The translations under genes and the position numbers were made by a program. A stretch of DNA of 63,059 bases, the filler included. It is 10 parts of 10 records of this genome, joined end to end, with 100 filler letters (N's around TTAATTAATTAA, not from the genome) between each part and the next. Parts side by side here need not be neighbours in the genome. Positions count along the whole stretch, not along the records: positions 1 to 9,975 come from SRR31156797_69224; 9 more parts are not named here. The stretch is one strand, 5' to 3'. Numbering within the stretch: the stretch's first letter is position 1; every line of letters begins with the position of its first letter. The notes under the pieces were generated by a model. The model worked only from the letters and a program-made list of their open reading frames with translations, did not search any database and was not told the origin of the DNA. This document shows, piece after piece, positions 1 to 10,075 of this stretch.

Positions 1-1
1 T

Positions 2-208
2 TTCCGGGACTGGAAGGGAGACGCTCTGATCGGAGGGTTGATATCCACCTCTTTGATTCGAGTGGCAAGGGATGGAGGGAAATCCCGGGAAGCGGAACGC
101 TTCGATATGGGAAAGCGCATCCGGGAAGTGGAAGAAGGGCCCCAGGGAGCGATCTGGATACTGGAAGACCGGAAAGGAGCGCGGCTGAGGCGCTTGACGC
201 CTCAGTGA
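2..208 (+). CDS. PQQ-dependent (soluble aldose) sugar dehydrogenase, C-terminal fragment (5' truncated)
   Basis: Not in the ORF track. Manual translation of frame 2 gives [13 protein letters not shown]...[25 protein letters not shown]...RLRRLTPQ*, matching the YliI/GSDH C-terminal pattern RIR(D/E)VxxGPxGAxxxL. Confidence 0.75.
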   Translation, partial: FRDWKGDALIGGLISTSLIRVARDGGKSREAERFDMGKRIREVEEGPQGAIWILEDRKGARLRRLTPQ

Positions 209-449
209 GGTATATTCCTTTGATGAGTTCCGATGGAAATTCCGTGGGTTCAGCATCGTTCATGGGAATGAGGAGAATCTCTCAGGCGTCCTCCATCACC
301 ATTATTAACGAGGCAGTGCTTGATTTTCGTCCCGATGTGAAACTACGGAACGGCTAATAGACGAACATGCATCTTTGAGATATGGAATATTCATGATAGC
401 TTCATCTGATAGCATTTTAAGGATATGATAGCATTTTAAGGATATTGCG

Positions 450-956
450 ATGAAAAAAACTGAAAGATTGATTTTACAGCAGCCGGACAAAGGGGATCTT
501 AATATATTCTTTGAGATCAACAGGAATCCTCGGAATAATCTGTTTAATCCCTCCGGTCCTGTAAGCTCTATCGAGATTGCTTCAGAAATCCTCGATGAAG
601 TAATCGCTCATTGGAAAACCCATGGTTTCGGATCCTGGAAGATTTCCACCTCGGAAGGCAATGTTATCGGCTTCGGGGGATTGAACTATAAGAAGTACGG
701 AACAGAAGAGAACCTGAATCTGGGCTATCGACTAGACGAGCAATACTGGGGCAAGGGATATGCTACTGAGCTTGCTGAATATGCAATCCATTATGGAATC
801 AATGAATGGGGCAAGGATGAAGTATTTGGTCTGGTAAGGCCAGACCATACCGCATCAATAAGAGTTTTGGAAAAATGCGGAATGGTAAGATACGGAGAAC
901 TCGATGATGTTCCAGGTCAATATAAGAGCTTGATATTCATTTACAGAAAAAGCTGA
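450..956 (+). CDS. GNAT acetyltransferase, RimJ/RimL type
   Basis: TERLIL N-terminus, LGYRL...YWGKGYATE acetyl-CoA motif, ASIRVLEKCGM. Confidence 0.9.
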   Translation: MKKTERLILQQPDKGDLNIFFEINRNPRNNLFNPSGPVSSIEIASEILDEVIAHWKTHGFGSWKISTSEGNVIGFGGLNYKKYGTEENLNLGYRLDEQYWGKGYATELAEYAIHYGINEWGKDEVFGLVRPDHTASIRVLEKCGMVRYGELDDVPGQYKSLIFIYRKS

Positions 957-1035
957 ATGTATAGCGATAATCTTCCCCGTTCCAGAACCGGACTGAAGCC
1001 GGAATACAGGTGATGCTGATTTGGGCGTGGACTGT

Positions 1036-2745
1036 CTACTTGAAAGAGCCCCTCGTTAACTCATCTAATACCCATCTTTTAACAGAAGCTCCCTTTTGGT
1101 TGCTGCAGTGAAATGCAAAAACGATTACATCTTCCGAGCTTTCTGCAAAACCACAGAACCATCCTGATATACCTCCACTTGACTCCTGAGCCGTACCGGT
1201 TTTACCGTAAACATCGTATTCACCAAATCTTCCGATTGATATCAGCTCCCTGATTAACTCCTGTGATTCGTCACTGCATTTGAGCTGCTTGTAGTATAGC
1301 CCTTTGAAGAATCTTACTTGTTCGACTGGGGAGGACGCTACTCTGGATAAGAGTATTTCTGATGATGAGATATCTGATGCGAGCGGGAGACCGTAGTACT
1401 GTGAGACCGCGTTGCGTATTCTCCGGAATTCTGTCTTTTGGGATAGCTGAGCAAAATACCAATTCACTGAGAATTGCATGGCTGTGCTTAGGTTCTGATC
1501 TTGCTCCCATGATTCATACGCTTGGGGAGATCCATTCCATTTTAATTCAGAGTTATCGGGGTCAACAGTTCCCAGCTCCACTAATGCCAATGCTAAGGGA
1601 ACTTTAACAACTGATGCCAGCGGATACTGACTAGATTGGGCATTCATCGAGCTAATGTTCAGCTGTTGATCTTTGGAGTACCAGTAGGCTCCTGTCATAC
1701 CCTCTTGCTTCCCCAATCCTTCAGCCATGACCAGATGGGCGTCTGTAGATAGGGAGCCGCAAATGAGAAAGAGTGCGAACGGAATCAGTACAGCGCCAAA
1801 GATCTTTTTATGTGAGGATGATGGCGAGGAGATGTAGAGTCTGCAGATCCGCTTCTTTAGTTTAGATATTGAATTGATAGGAGAAAAAAGAGGAGAGAGG
1901 TTTCTTCTTCCAGCTTGCCTGGCGACTTCCAACAGTGATGCCAGATAGGGGGATATAAAATCTTCCCCCTGTGAACTGATCACGGTCTGATCGCAACCTT
2001 CCTCTAAATCACTTCGCCAAAATCGACCCAAAATGTGAATGGCCGGATCGAACCAGAGTACACAACGGGAAAGGATTAATATAAGAAGTTTGACATTGTC
2101 TCCTCTGCGTACATGAGCCAGCTCATGAAAGGCGACCGCCTTACCGTGAAGTGGAAATTCAGCTATCAGGTACGAGGGCAAAAGAATCTTTTGGCGGATG
2201 ATCCCAGCCAAGAGTGGAGCTTCAGCAGGTGCCAAGTATACTTTAATTTCTTTTCTTAAGCCTAAGGATATCCTGGCCTGGTCAAAAACAGCCAGTATTT
2301 CTGGGTCATTGATCAGTTGGCATTCTCTTGTGATTCTGCGGATGGCATGACGGTATGAAAAGAGAGTGAATAATAGAAGCATAAGAGTCACAATCAGGTA
2401 TAAATATAACCAGAAAGCATAATCTACAGTACTTCTGTTTATAGCGATCACAGGGTCTGAGTATCCATTGGCGATGGGTAAGGACGGCATCTGCGTGAGA
2501 GCTCGTGAAGCCTGAGATGACAGTATCATACTTGGAAGTGACCTTAGAAGGGGAAGAAAACCGAATGGAACCGAAACCAATGGTGAGGATAGCATTCTCA
2601 ATAATAATAAAGCCCAGAGCAGCTCCACCCAGAGATTGCCCAGATGTTTCCAGATTACAGGTCTAATCAGTCTCGCAATGAGCAAAAGAATGGCATGTTC
2701 TAAGAGGTATATACCCAGTTGGGAAAATGAGGGCGTGAGTATCAT
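1036..2745 (-). CDS. blaR1: BlaR1/MecR1-type beta-lactam sensor-transducer (M56 protease plus penicillin-binding domain)
   Basis: N-terminal TM segments, HELAH zinc motif, and a C-terminal sensor with SVVK (SxxK), SVN (SxN) and KTGT. Overlaps the blaI stop by 4 nt. Confidence 0.9.
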   Translation of the reverse strand: MILTPSFSQLGIYLLEHAILLLIARLIRPVIWKHLGNLWVELLWALLLLRMLSSPLVSVPFGFLPLLRSLPSMILSSQASRALTQMPSLPIANGYSDPVIAINRSTVDYAFWLYLYLIVTLMLLLFTLFSYRHAIRRITRECQLINDPEILAVFDQARISLGLRKEIKVYLAPAEAPLLAGIIRQKILLPSYLIAEFPLHGKAVAFHELAHVRRGDNVKLLILILSRCVLWFDPAIHILGRFWRSDLEEGCDQTVISSQGEDFISPYLASLLEVARQAGRRNLSPLFSPINSISKLKKRICRLYISSPSSSHKKIFGAVLIPFALFLICGSLSTDAHLVMAEGLGKQEGMTGAYWYSKDQQLNISSMNAQSSQYPLASVVKVPLALALVELGTVDPDNSELKWNGSPQAYESWEQDQNLSTAMQFSVNWYFAQLSQKTEFRRIRNAVSQYYGLPLASDISSSEILLSRVASSPVEQVRFFKGLYYKQLKCSDESQELIRELISIGRFGEYDVYGKTGTAQESSGGISGWFCGFAESSEDVIVFAFHCSNQKGASVKRWVLDELTRGSFK

Positions 2746-3131
2746 TTTTTCCTTTCGTTCATTTGCCGTTCCTTCTCTTTCAAAAGCTCTCGTACTTCTT
2801 CAAGTTCTTCATCAGATTGGATGAAGTCGTCAACAAACGCCACAAAAAGACTTTTTGTGGCTCCCCCGTAGATAGTCTTTAAAAAGTTTCGATTCTTCTT
2901 CCGCAAACAATCTTTCTGCGTGACTAATGGATAATAAAGATAGCGTCTTCCCTCTTTATTGAAAGATAAGATCCCCTTCTGTACAAGCCTGTTGATAAGG
3001 GTTTTCACAGTCTTGGGCTTCCAGGTTGATATAGGTTGAATTCTATCAACAATCTGATCAGCGGAGAGAGGTTCCTCTTCCCATATGACTTCAAGAATAC
3101 GCCACTCAGCATCGGATATAGATATCTCCAC
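2742..3131 (-). CDS. blaI: BlaI/MecI/CopY family repressor
   Basis: ISDAEWRILEVIW...TVKTLINRLVQKG...YLYYP. Start reassigned to GTG at 3131, which has a GGAGG SD 5 nt upstream; the track's longer start runs through an operator. Confidence 0.92.
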   Translation of the reverse strand: MEISISDAEWRILEVIWEEEPLSADQIVDRIQPISTWKPKTVKTLINRLVQKGILSFNKEGRRYLYYPLVTQKDCLRKKNRNFLKTIYGGATKSLFVAFVDDFIQSDEELEEVRELLKEKERQMNERKK

Positions 3132-3149
3132 AACTGCCTCCGATACAAA

Positions 3150-3165
3150 TATTACATTTGTAATA
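3150..3165. promoter_or_regulatory. BlaI-type operator 1 (TATTACA-TT-TGTAATA)
   Basis: Perfect 7-bp inverted arms containing the TACA-NN-TGTA core bound by BlaI/MecI/CopY proteins; lies between the divergent blaI and beta-lactamase genes. Confidence 0.85.
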
Positions 3166-3192
3166 AAATTCTTCAAGAGGGGTTGATTAATA

Positions 3193-3208
3193 TATTACAG
3201 ATGTAATA
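3193..3208. promoter_or_regulatory. BlaI-type operator 2 (TATTACA-GA-TGTAATA)
   Basis: Second copy with identical arms, 43 bp from the first. Confidence 0.85.
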
Positions 3209-3235
3209 ATTAAAGAATAACTTCAAGGAGAGAAA

Positions 3236-4054
3236 ATGACAAATCAACTATTTCGAAAAATCAGAAACCTGCTTCTAACAGCATTTGCTTCATCTTTTGC
3301 ATTAGGATGCAGCACCAGTATGGAGGTTGCAAACTTCGACAAAGCCTTTAAGAATCCAGGCAGCCAAGGCTGTATGCTTTTATTTGACCACGACAGTAAA
3401 CTTCAGACCGTATATAACGAGGAGTTAACCAAAGTGGGGAGACTACCAGCCTCAACATTTAAAATCTATAACTCCCTGATTGCTTTGGACGCGGGAGTCG
3501 CAAAGGATGAAAAATACTTAATACTGTGGGACGGGGTTGATCGGGAGTTCTCAGCCTGGAATCAGGACCATACAATGGAAAGTGCTATCAAGTATTCAGT
3601 TGTCTGGTATTACCAAGAACTTGCCAGGCGCATAGGTCAGAACGATATGATTAAAGGTCTATCCAGACTTGAATATGGAAACCAAAACATAGATGCAGGT
3701 TTAGATTTATTCTGGCTTGAAGGAGGAATGAGGATCACAGCGGAAGAACAGCTTGAACTCATTATGAGACTTTATGACCTGGAGCTTCCTTTCTCAAAGC
3801 ACTCACAGAGAACAGTCAAGAAGATGCTTGTATTGGAAGAGTCGGAGAACTATGTCTTGTCGGGAAAAACAGGGACTTCGGTTCGAGGAGCGGGAGATAT
3901 CATCAGCTGGTTTGTCGGCTATGTGGAGACCAGAGACAACACCTACTTCTTTGTTGCAAATCAAGAATTGGATAGATCAATTTATACGGGAAGATACGGT
4001 ACAGCCAAGACGGCTGTTCTGGATGTTCTCAAAGATGAAGGAATCATATACTAA
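3236..4054 (+). CDS. Class D (OXA-type) beta-lactamase, probable lipoprotein
   Basis: PASTFK, SVV (SxV), YGN, FWL and KTGT motifs; N-terminal signal ending in lipobox-like ALGC; AAGGAG SD. Confidence 0.88.
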   Translation: MTNQLFRKIRNLLLTAFASSFALGCSTSMEVANFDKAFKNPGSQGCMLLFDHDSKLQTVYNEELTKVGRLPASTFKIYNSLIALDAGVAKDEKYLILWDGVDREFSAWNQDHTMESAIKYSVVWYYQELARRIGQNDMIKGLSRLEYGNQNIDAGLDLFWLEGGMRITAEEQLELIMRLYDLELPFSKHSQRTVKKMLVLEESENYVLSGKTGTSVRGAGDIISWFVGYVETRDNTYFFVANQELDRSIYTGRYGTAKTAVLDVLKDEGIIY

Positions 4055-4107
4055 GCTATTTCCTGAGGAATACAACAAATATTTCTGCACAAAAACCATG
4101 CCCCCAT

Positions 4108-4140
4108 AGGGGCGGCGGATACGATCATCCGCTCGCCCCT
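4108..4140. terminator. GC-rich hairpin between convergent beta-lactamase and nikE
   Basis: AGGGGCG-GCGGAT / ATCCGC-T-CGCCCCT stem; no clear U tract. Confidence 0.45.
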
Positions 4141-4176
4141 ATCCAGTACACAAGATCAATGCGGCAGCAGAGGCTT

Positions 4177-5031
4177 TCAAACTCTTTGCTGCGTCCCGGA
4201 AAAACAGGCTGTCTTCCGACTGTTTCTTTGGTGGCTACGCCATATAGGTGAGGCCGGAAGAATGGCATTCTGCAATGCCAGGCCCATGGCACTGGAGAAT
4301 GCCATATCCGCTTTGACCTGGCGATCTTCCACCAGAATTCCTTTATCCAAAACCAAAACCCTCTGGCAAAATCGATGAATCAACCGAAGGTCGTGGGTAA
4401 TGAACAAAAAGGAGCTCCCCTCCTTTCTTTGTATATCCCTTAGCAGATCAATCAATTGGTTCTGGAGCAGGGCGTCAAGACTGGAAAGGGATTCATCCAG
4501 CGCGATAATGGATGGCCGGGTAGACAATGCCCGCGCGATGCAGACCCGCTGCAGCTGACCTCCGCTCATCCGCCCAGGCAGCTTATCCAAATAGGATGAC
4601 TCAAGCCCCACCCGCACGAGAAGCTCAGCAGCCCGTTCTTCTCTGGCTTCTTTGGAAAGATCCGTCAGATACTTCAAAGGCTCTCCGATGATGTCCTTTA
4701 CTCTGTAACGGGGATTCACTGCGGCGATGGAGTCTTGAAAGACAAGCTGGACAGTCCTCCGGAATTCTCGCCTGTCAGCCTTGTTCAGGCTCTTGATGTT
4801 TCTGTTATTAAAAAGGACCTCTCCCCGGTCTGCATCTTCCAGGCCCAGGAGCGCTCTGCAAAGCGTGCTTTTCCCGCATCCACTGGCGCCAACTAATCCA
4901 AGAGATTCTCCCGTTTTGATGGTAAAGCTGATTCCGCGAAGCACCTCTTTCTTGTTTTTTTTACGAACCAGCCCTTGTTCATAATAACTTTTATACAGTC
5001 CTGAAACAGAAATCAAATCGTTCTTACTCAT
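4177..5031 (-). CDS. nikE: Nickel/peptide ABC transporter ATP-binding subunit
   Basis: GASGCGKS Walker A, MSGGQLQRVCIARAL; last gene of a five-gene operon. Confidence 0.8.
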   Translation of the reverse strand: MSKNDLISVSGLYKSYYEQGLVRKKNKKEVLRGISFTIKTGESLGLVGASGCGKSTLCRALLGLEDADRGEVLFNNRNIKSLNKADRREFRRTVQLVFQDSIAAVNPRYRVKDIIGEPLKYLTDLSKEAREERAAELLVRVGLESSYLDKLPGRMSGGQLQRVCIARALSTRPSIIALDESLSSLDALLQNQLIDLLRDIQRKEGSSFLFITHDLRLIHRFCQRVLVLDKGILVEDRQVKADMAFSSAMGLALQNAILPASPIWRSHQRNSRKTACFSGTQQRV

Positions 5032-5806
5032 TGGCATACCCCTTATAGAGAGAGAAGTGAGTATTGAGGATATTCCGACTGGTCCGGTGCTGCGGATTTC
5101 TGAACAGCTCTTCGGTAAAAGCTGCTTCTACGATCCTGCCCTTATCCATGGTGAGTACCCGATCGGCTATTTTGGCGATAACCCCCAGATCATGGGTCAC
5201 AAGGAGAATTCCCATTTTCTTTTTCCGGGCGATGTCCTTCAATACATTTAAAATACTCTGCTGGACAATCAGATCCAAATCCGTAGTAGGCTCATCGGCG
5301 ATCAGGAAAGAAGAGCCACTCAGCAGAGCCAGAGCGATCATCATGCGCTGCAGCATTCCTCCGCTCATTTGAAAGGGGTAAAGCTTCAAAACCCGCTCCG
5401 CATCATCCAGTCCGGCTTCCATCATGGTGGAAAAGACTTCTGCCTTTCGGCTTTTGTAATTCGATCCCCTCACTTTCATCACTTCCATCACATGCTGTTC
5501 CATGGTGTAAAGGGGATTAAAGGCATTTGAAGGATTCTGCATAATGATACTGAGAAGCCTTCCCCGGCTTTCTTTCATATCCACAGACCGCTCTCCATAG
5601 AAGACCCGGCCAGAGCGTTTATCCACCCCCGGCGGCATTACGTCCATGATTCCGCTGCAGGTAAGGGACTTTCCCGATCCGCTGACCCCCAGGATCGCGG
5701 TAATCTCTCCGGGGGGAATTTCGAAACTGATATCATCGACAAGTCTGCATCCCTCGTCTCCGGTCTTGCAGACGGTAAGACGTTCAATCCTTAAACTTTC
5801 CATCAA
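5024..5806 (-). CDS. nikD: Nickel/peptide ABC transporter ATP-binding subunit
   Basis: GVSGSGKS, YPFQMSGGMLQRMMIA, DEPTTDLD. Confidence 0.82.
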   Translation of the reverse strand: MMESLRIERLTVCKTGDEGCRLVDDISFEIPPGEITAILGVSGSGKSLTCSGIMDVMPPGVDKRSGRVFYGERSVDMKESRGRLLSIIMQNPSNAFNPLYTMEQHVMEVMKVRGSNYKSRKAEVFSTMMEAGLDDAERVLKLYPFQMSGGMLQRMMIALALLSGSSFLIADEPTTDLDLIVQQSILNVLKDIARKKKMGILLVTHDLGVIAKIADRVLTMDKGRIVEAAFTEELFRNPQHRTSRNILNTHFSLYKGYANE

Positions 5807-6642
5807 TGTCCCTCCAAAGCAGGATCCAACTTATCCCTGAGGTAGTCGCCCAAAATGTTGAAGGACATCACACTTAACAGAATGGCCAGTCCCGGAACAA
5901 TGATAAGATAGGGCTGGGTGAAGATATACTGCCGGGCATCATTGATCATGACGCCCCATTCCGGCGCCGGAGGCTGCACTCCTACCCCCAGAAAGGACAG
6001 TCCCGCGACATGGAGCATGATATGGCCTATATCCAGTGTGGCCAGGACGGCGATCTGCACCAGCACCGACGGCAGGATGTGTCGGACGAATCTCTGCCCC
6101 AGAGAGAGACCGCCTACCCGAGCGGCCAGAATATACGGACTGGTCTGCAATGACAGAACCATCCCCCTTACGATACGGGCGTACCAGGCCCAATGGGTCA
6201 AGGCAATGGCGATGATGACGTTCAGCAATCCCGAACCCAGGACTGCAATCATGAAAAGAGCCAGAACCACGGTGGGGAAGGTCATAAAAACATCGCAGAT
6301 TCGCATAAGAACCTTGTCTACCCATCCTCCCATCAATGCGGAAAAACTGCCGATGGAGATTCCGATGAGGGCAATAAAGAGAAGGGTCAAAAGGCTCGCC
6401 CCCATGGAATAGGACGTCCCGTGAACGATTCGACTGAAAAAGTCCCGGCCGAGATGATCCGTTCCCCATATATGATCCCCCCCCGCAGGGGCCAGACGGT
6501 TTTCAATATCAACCGCTGCGGGATCAAAGGGGGCGATAAGAGGGGCCATCAGAGAAAAAGTGATGAGCATCCCAAGAATCGTCACGGCCATAATCACGAA
6601 AATATTATTTTTAAAAAAAGATAATGACAATTTCACAGTCAC
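5803..6642 (-). CDS. nikC: Nickel/peptide ABC transporter permease
   Basis: GTDHLGRD, HWAWYARIVRG and PPAPEWG motifs. Confidence 0.82.
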   Translation of the reverse strand: MTVKLSLSFFKNNIFVIMAVTILGMLITFSLMAPLIAPFDPAAVDIENRLAPAGGDHIWGTDHLGRDFFSRIVHGTSYSMGASLLTLLFIALIGISIGSFSALMGGWVDKVLMRICDVFMTFPTVVLALFMIAVLGSGLLNVIIAIALTHWAWYARIVRGMVLSLQTSPYILAARVGGLSLGQRFVRHILPSVLVQIAVLATLDIGHIMLHVAGLSFLGVGVQPPAPEWGVMINDARQYIFTQPYLIIVPGLAILLSVMSFNILGDYLRDKLDPALEGH

Positions 6643-7583
6643 ACTCCCGGATTTCCGGCAAATTGGATACGGGGATCCAGCCAGGCATAGACGATGTCAA
6701 TCACAAGATTGCATAAGACAAATATCAGGGTCATGATTAATACAAAGGCCTGGATTATCGGAAAGTCATTATAACTCAGGGCGGAAATAGCATATCGTCC
6801 CACTCCAGGCCAGCCGAAGATGCTTTCAACGATCAGACTCCCGCCCAAAAGCTCTCCGATATGCATCCCCGAACTGGTTATGATGGGCAGCATGGCATTT
6901 CTGAAGATGTGCCGCCGCTCCACGTCGCCGGGCCGGAGCCCCCGCATTTTGGCATAGAGCACATGACGGCTACCCGAGGCTTCCAGCATGCTGGTTCTCA
7001 ACAGTCTGGCATTGATGGACAGAGACATAAATGAAACCGCCACCACAGGCATGATATAATGGCTAAAGTCATCATACCCCATGGGAGGAAGCCATCGGAG
7101 CCTCACGGAAAAGAGCATAACCAGCAAAAAGCCCGTCCAGAAACTGGGCATGGATACCCCCAGAAAGGCGATACCCTGTACAGTCCTGTCCGGCCATTTA
7201 TTGCGGTGCCGGGCCGCCCAGCATCCCATAGGAATGGATATGCCCAGCGTAAAACACAGAGCGGCGGCTGCCAAACGCAGGGTATGGGGAAGATAATATA
7301 GAAAATCATCCAGAACCGGCCGGTTGGTCATATAGCTGACACCGAAGTCCAGGACAAGGGCCTGGCGCAGCCAGATAAAGTACTGCTCTAAAATGGGCTT
7401 GTCCAATCCCAGATCTACCCGGACCTGGGCCACTGCCTCATCTGTGGGCGGAATATTGGCATGGTGAAGATAATTCATCACCGGATCCGTTCCGCTTAGA
7501 CGCAGAAAGAAGAAGATGACCAGGGATACCCCGAGAAGCATGGGGATGAGGGCAACAAGACGCCGCCCGATAAATCTCAACAT
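6639..7583 (-). CDS. nikB: Nickel/peptide ABC transporter permease
   Basis: LGLDKPILEQY, DFGVSY, SMPSFW and ESIFGWPGVG motifs. Confidence 0.82.
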   Translation of the reverse strand: MLRFIGRRLVALIPMLLGVSLVIFFFLRLSGTDPVMNYLHHANIPPTDEAVAQVRVDLGLDKPILEQYFIWLRQALVLDFGVSYMTNRPVLDDFLYYLPHTLRLAAAALCFTLGISIPMGCWAARHRNKWPDRTVQGIAFLGVSMPSFWTGFLLVMLFSVRLRWLPPMGYDDFSHYIMPVVAVSFMSLSINARLLRTSMLEASGSRHVLYAKMRGLRPGDVERRHIFRNAMLPIITSSGMHIGELLGGSLIVESIFGWPGVGRYAISALSYNDFPIIQAFVLIMTLIFVLCNLVIDIVYAWLDPRIQFAGNPGV

Positions 7584-7594
7584 TGATCTACCTC

Positions 7595-9172
7595 TTATTC
7601 ACGCAGCGACATAGAACCGAATGGAACGATATTGGTCATTTTTGCCATCTCAAAATCCTCCAGCCGTTCGCCTGCAACGGCAATGGCGCAGCGATAGGAG
7701 AGGGGAAGATACACCGCCTGACGGTGCAGCTCTGTCAAGACCTCCCGGTAGTTGGCCCTCTGGAGCGTCTCATCGGTGGACAGGAGAGCTTCGGTAATCA
7801 ACGCATCAATCTCTGCCTTCCTGGCCAGCCCCAACTGGGCTTCATAGTCGGCATGAGAGGGACGGCGCATTGAGCTCATAAACACATGGGGGTCGTAAGG
7901 GATACCCCATGTAACACTGTAAATCATATCGAAATTGCCCTTTTTCTGTTTCTGGTAGAAGATGGTTCTTTCTTCAGGTTCCAGGGAAAGACGGATTCCG
8001 ATATCCTTTAAAGAAGCCTGGGCATATTCAGACATGGCTTTCATCACCGCATCACTTCCGATATAGACCAGATCAAAGTTCAGCTCGACGCCGTCGCGGC
8101 TGCGGTATTCTCCGCTCCCGTCTATTTTCCATCCCGCATCATCCAGAAGCTGTCTGGCCTTCTGCGGGTCAAAGGCATAGGGCTCAAGGGGGATGTTAGC
8201 AAAGCGGGTGGTGGGAGAGAAAAGGGTATCCGCCGGCGCTTCGGTACCATGCATGATATTTCGGGTCAGGGATTCCTTATCCAGGGCATGGTTGATGGCC
8301 TGGCGTACAGCAAGGTCATCAAGACCAGAGCGAGTGGTATTCATGGCGATGGTTCTTGTAGAAAAGGGGATCGAAGTCTGGGCGTTGAAGCGCTCGCTTT
8401 TTCCGAACCTGGCAAAGGAATCGGGAGACAACTGCCCCTCCTTACCATAGACCAGATCGATCTCTCCGGCCTCCAAGGCCAGAGCTCTGGCATCCGGGTC
8501 GGGAATGACCTTCACGACCACACGGTTGACTTTGGGTTTTTCTCCCCAATAAAAATCATTGACGACAAAGACATCTTCCACTCCCAGTGTGGAGGATTCC
8601 AGTTTCCACGGACCTGTCCCGATGGGATCTCCCCCCAGCCCCTCGCCGGTATGACCTGTTTCAGGAATGGAGGAAGGTGCGAGGAAGCGTATGGGCCGGA
8701 TTAGTGTGAGTTCCTGCAGAACCGATGAATAGGGAGAACTCAGCCTGACACGGATTTCGTACTCGGAAACCACATCCGTCCCCTCCAGCAAAGCCATCGT
8801 CTGAAGCCAGCTATGCCTTTCGGCATTGGCCAAGAGAGTATCAAAATTCGCTTTGGCGGCTTCGGCGTTGAATGGTTCTCCATTAGAGAAAACAACGTCT
8901 TCCCTGAGCTTGAAAGTAATCGCCTTGCCATCCTGGGAGATCTCCCAGCTCTCGGCCAGGCAGGGTTCGATGACGCCGTTTTCCCCATAATTAACCAGGG
9001 ATTCGTAAAGCATGGCCTGAGCATACATCTGAATCTCGCTCGTCTTGTGAGGATTCAGCGTTCCTGCGTTGATCTGGCAGGCATAGCGAATGGTCTTTAC
9101 GGAATCTTCTTCAGCTGAACAGGCTAAGAAAAGTACAAAGGGAATAAGAAGGATAAGGGTAAGCTTCTTCAT
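7595..9172 (-). CDS. nikA: Nickel/metallophore ABC substrate-binding lipoprotein (family 5)
   Basis: Lipobox FLAC; LNPH...YESLV, PIGTGPW and TWGIPYDP...HAD segments typical of NikA/CntA. Confidence 0.8.
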   Translation of the reverse strand: MKKLTLILLIPFVLFLACSAEEDSVKTIRYACQINAGTLNPHKTSEIQMYAQAMLYESLVNYGENGVIEPCLAESWEISQDGKAITFKLREDVVFSNGEPFNAEAAKANFDTLLANAERHSWLQTMALLEGTDVVSEYEIRVRLSSPYSSVLQELTLIRPIRFLAPSSIPETGHTGEGLGGDPIGTGPWKLESSTLGVEDVFVVNDFYWGEKPKVNRVVVKVIPDPDARALALEAGEIDLVYGKEGQLSPDSFARFGKSERFNAQTSIPFSTRTIAMNTTRSGLDDLAVRQAINHALDKESLTRNIMHGTEAPADTLFSPTTRFANIPLEPYAFDPQKARQLLDDAGWKIDGSGEYRSRDGVELNFDLVYIGSDAVMKAMSEYAQASLKDIGIRLSLEPEERTIFYQKQKKGNFDMIYSVTWGIPYDPHVFMSSMRRPSHADYEAQLGLARKAEIDALITEALLSTDETLQRANYREVLTELHRQAVYLPLSYRCAIAVAGERLEDFEMAKMTNIVPFGSMSLRE

Positions 9173-9975
9173 ACAATCTCCAGATAATAGCAGTTTTCAC
9201 GCTATCAGTAGTATTTCGGTATGGTATTACTAGGTAATATGCATGAAATATAGCAGGGACAAGTGTTAATGTCAATTAACATTTATTTGCAGGCTGATTT
9301 CCCGCTTGCTATCCAGAATAAAGCTCAGCTTTATGACTGCGGGATCAATGCTGACAGGCAGGATGAAACGGATTGGACTTTACCACGAGACCGGGACAGG
9401 CAGTTCGGAACTTGACCCCAGGGACCTCTCTTTCGATCCCAACTTATCTGTCTCCCAATATTTTTAGATTGTAAAGGATCTCAGCCTCTTCATGATCGCC
9501 AGTTCCTTTTGATTTGGCTGGCGAAGTTCCCCCTCTGGTGATTTATTCGCTGAGCATATAGTAATATCGACCACGTTTATAAATGTGAAACCGACGCTTA
9601 ACACTGTCCTGCCATCTAACGATCACATCCTTCCGGTATTCTCGGGTCATTTGAAACCTCCAATCGAGAAAAGATATTGGGAATGGAGCGGATCAGCTAG
9701 ATGCCGGGATATTGGCGCTTACTCAGAACTGGCGACAGTCCCCTCAAATAAATGAATCGAGGAGATCTCTCGGATTCATTTAATTGAGGACGGGTGTTAT
9801 GGGCTCCATATCCATATTTACAGTTCTGTCCGGAATAGCCATTTCCCATCCTTTCTGGAACAACAGAGAAAACAGATTAAGAGAGGATGGCCCTTTAACA
9901 TCAGAAACGAGAAGACGAAAACTGAGAACGGCATTATATCGTTCATTTTTCTCTACCGATTGATACACTCCCCCA

Positions 9976-10075
9976 NNNNNNNNNNNNNNNNNNNNNNNNN
10001 NNNNNNNNNNNNNNNNNNNTTAATTAATTAANNNNNNNNNNNNNNNNNNNNNNNNNNNNNNNNNNNNNNNNNNNN
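9976..10075. other. Artificial contig linker 1
   Basis: N44-TTAATTAATTAA-N44; the core has stops in all six frames. Confidence 0.98.

Noticed and set aside
3132..3176. N-terminal extension of BlaI given by the ORF track
   Set aside because: It runs through operator 1, and a GTG with a good SD at 3131 gives a normal-length BlaI.
9300..9975. Short ORF 9780-9968 and the unannotated stretch upstream of nikA
   Set aside because: May be the tail of a truncated gene, but no motif, convincing RNA structure or repeat was found.
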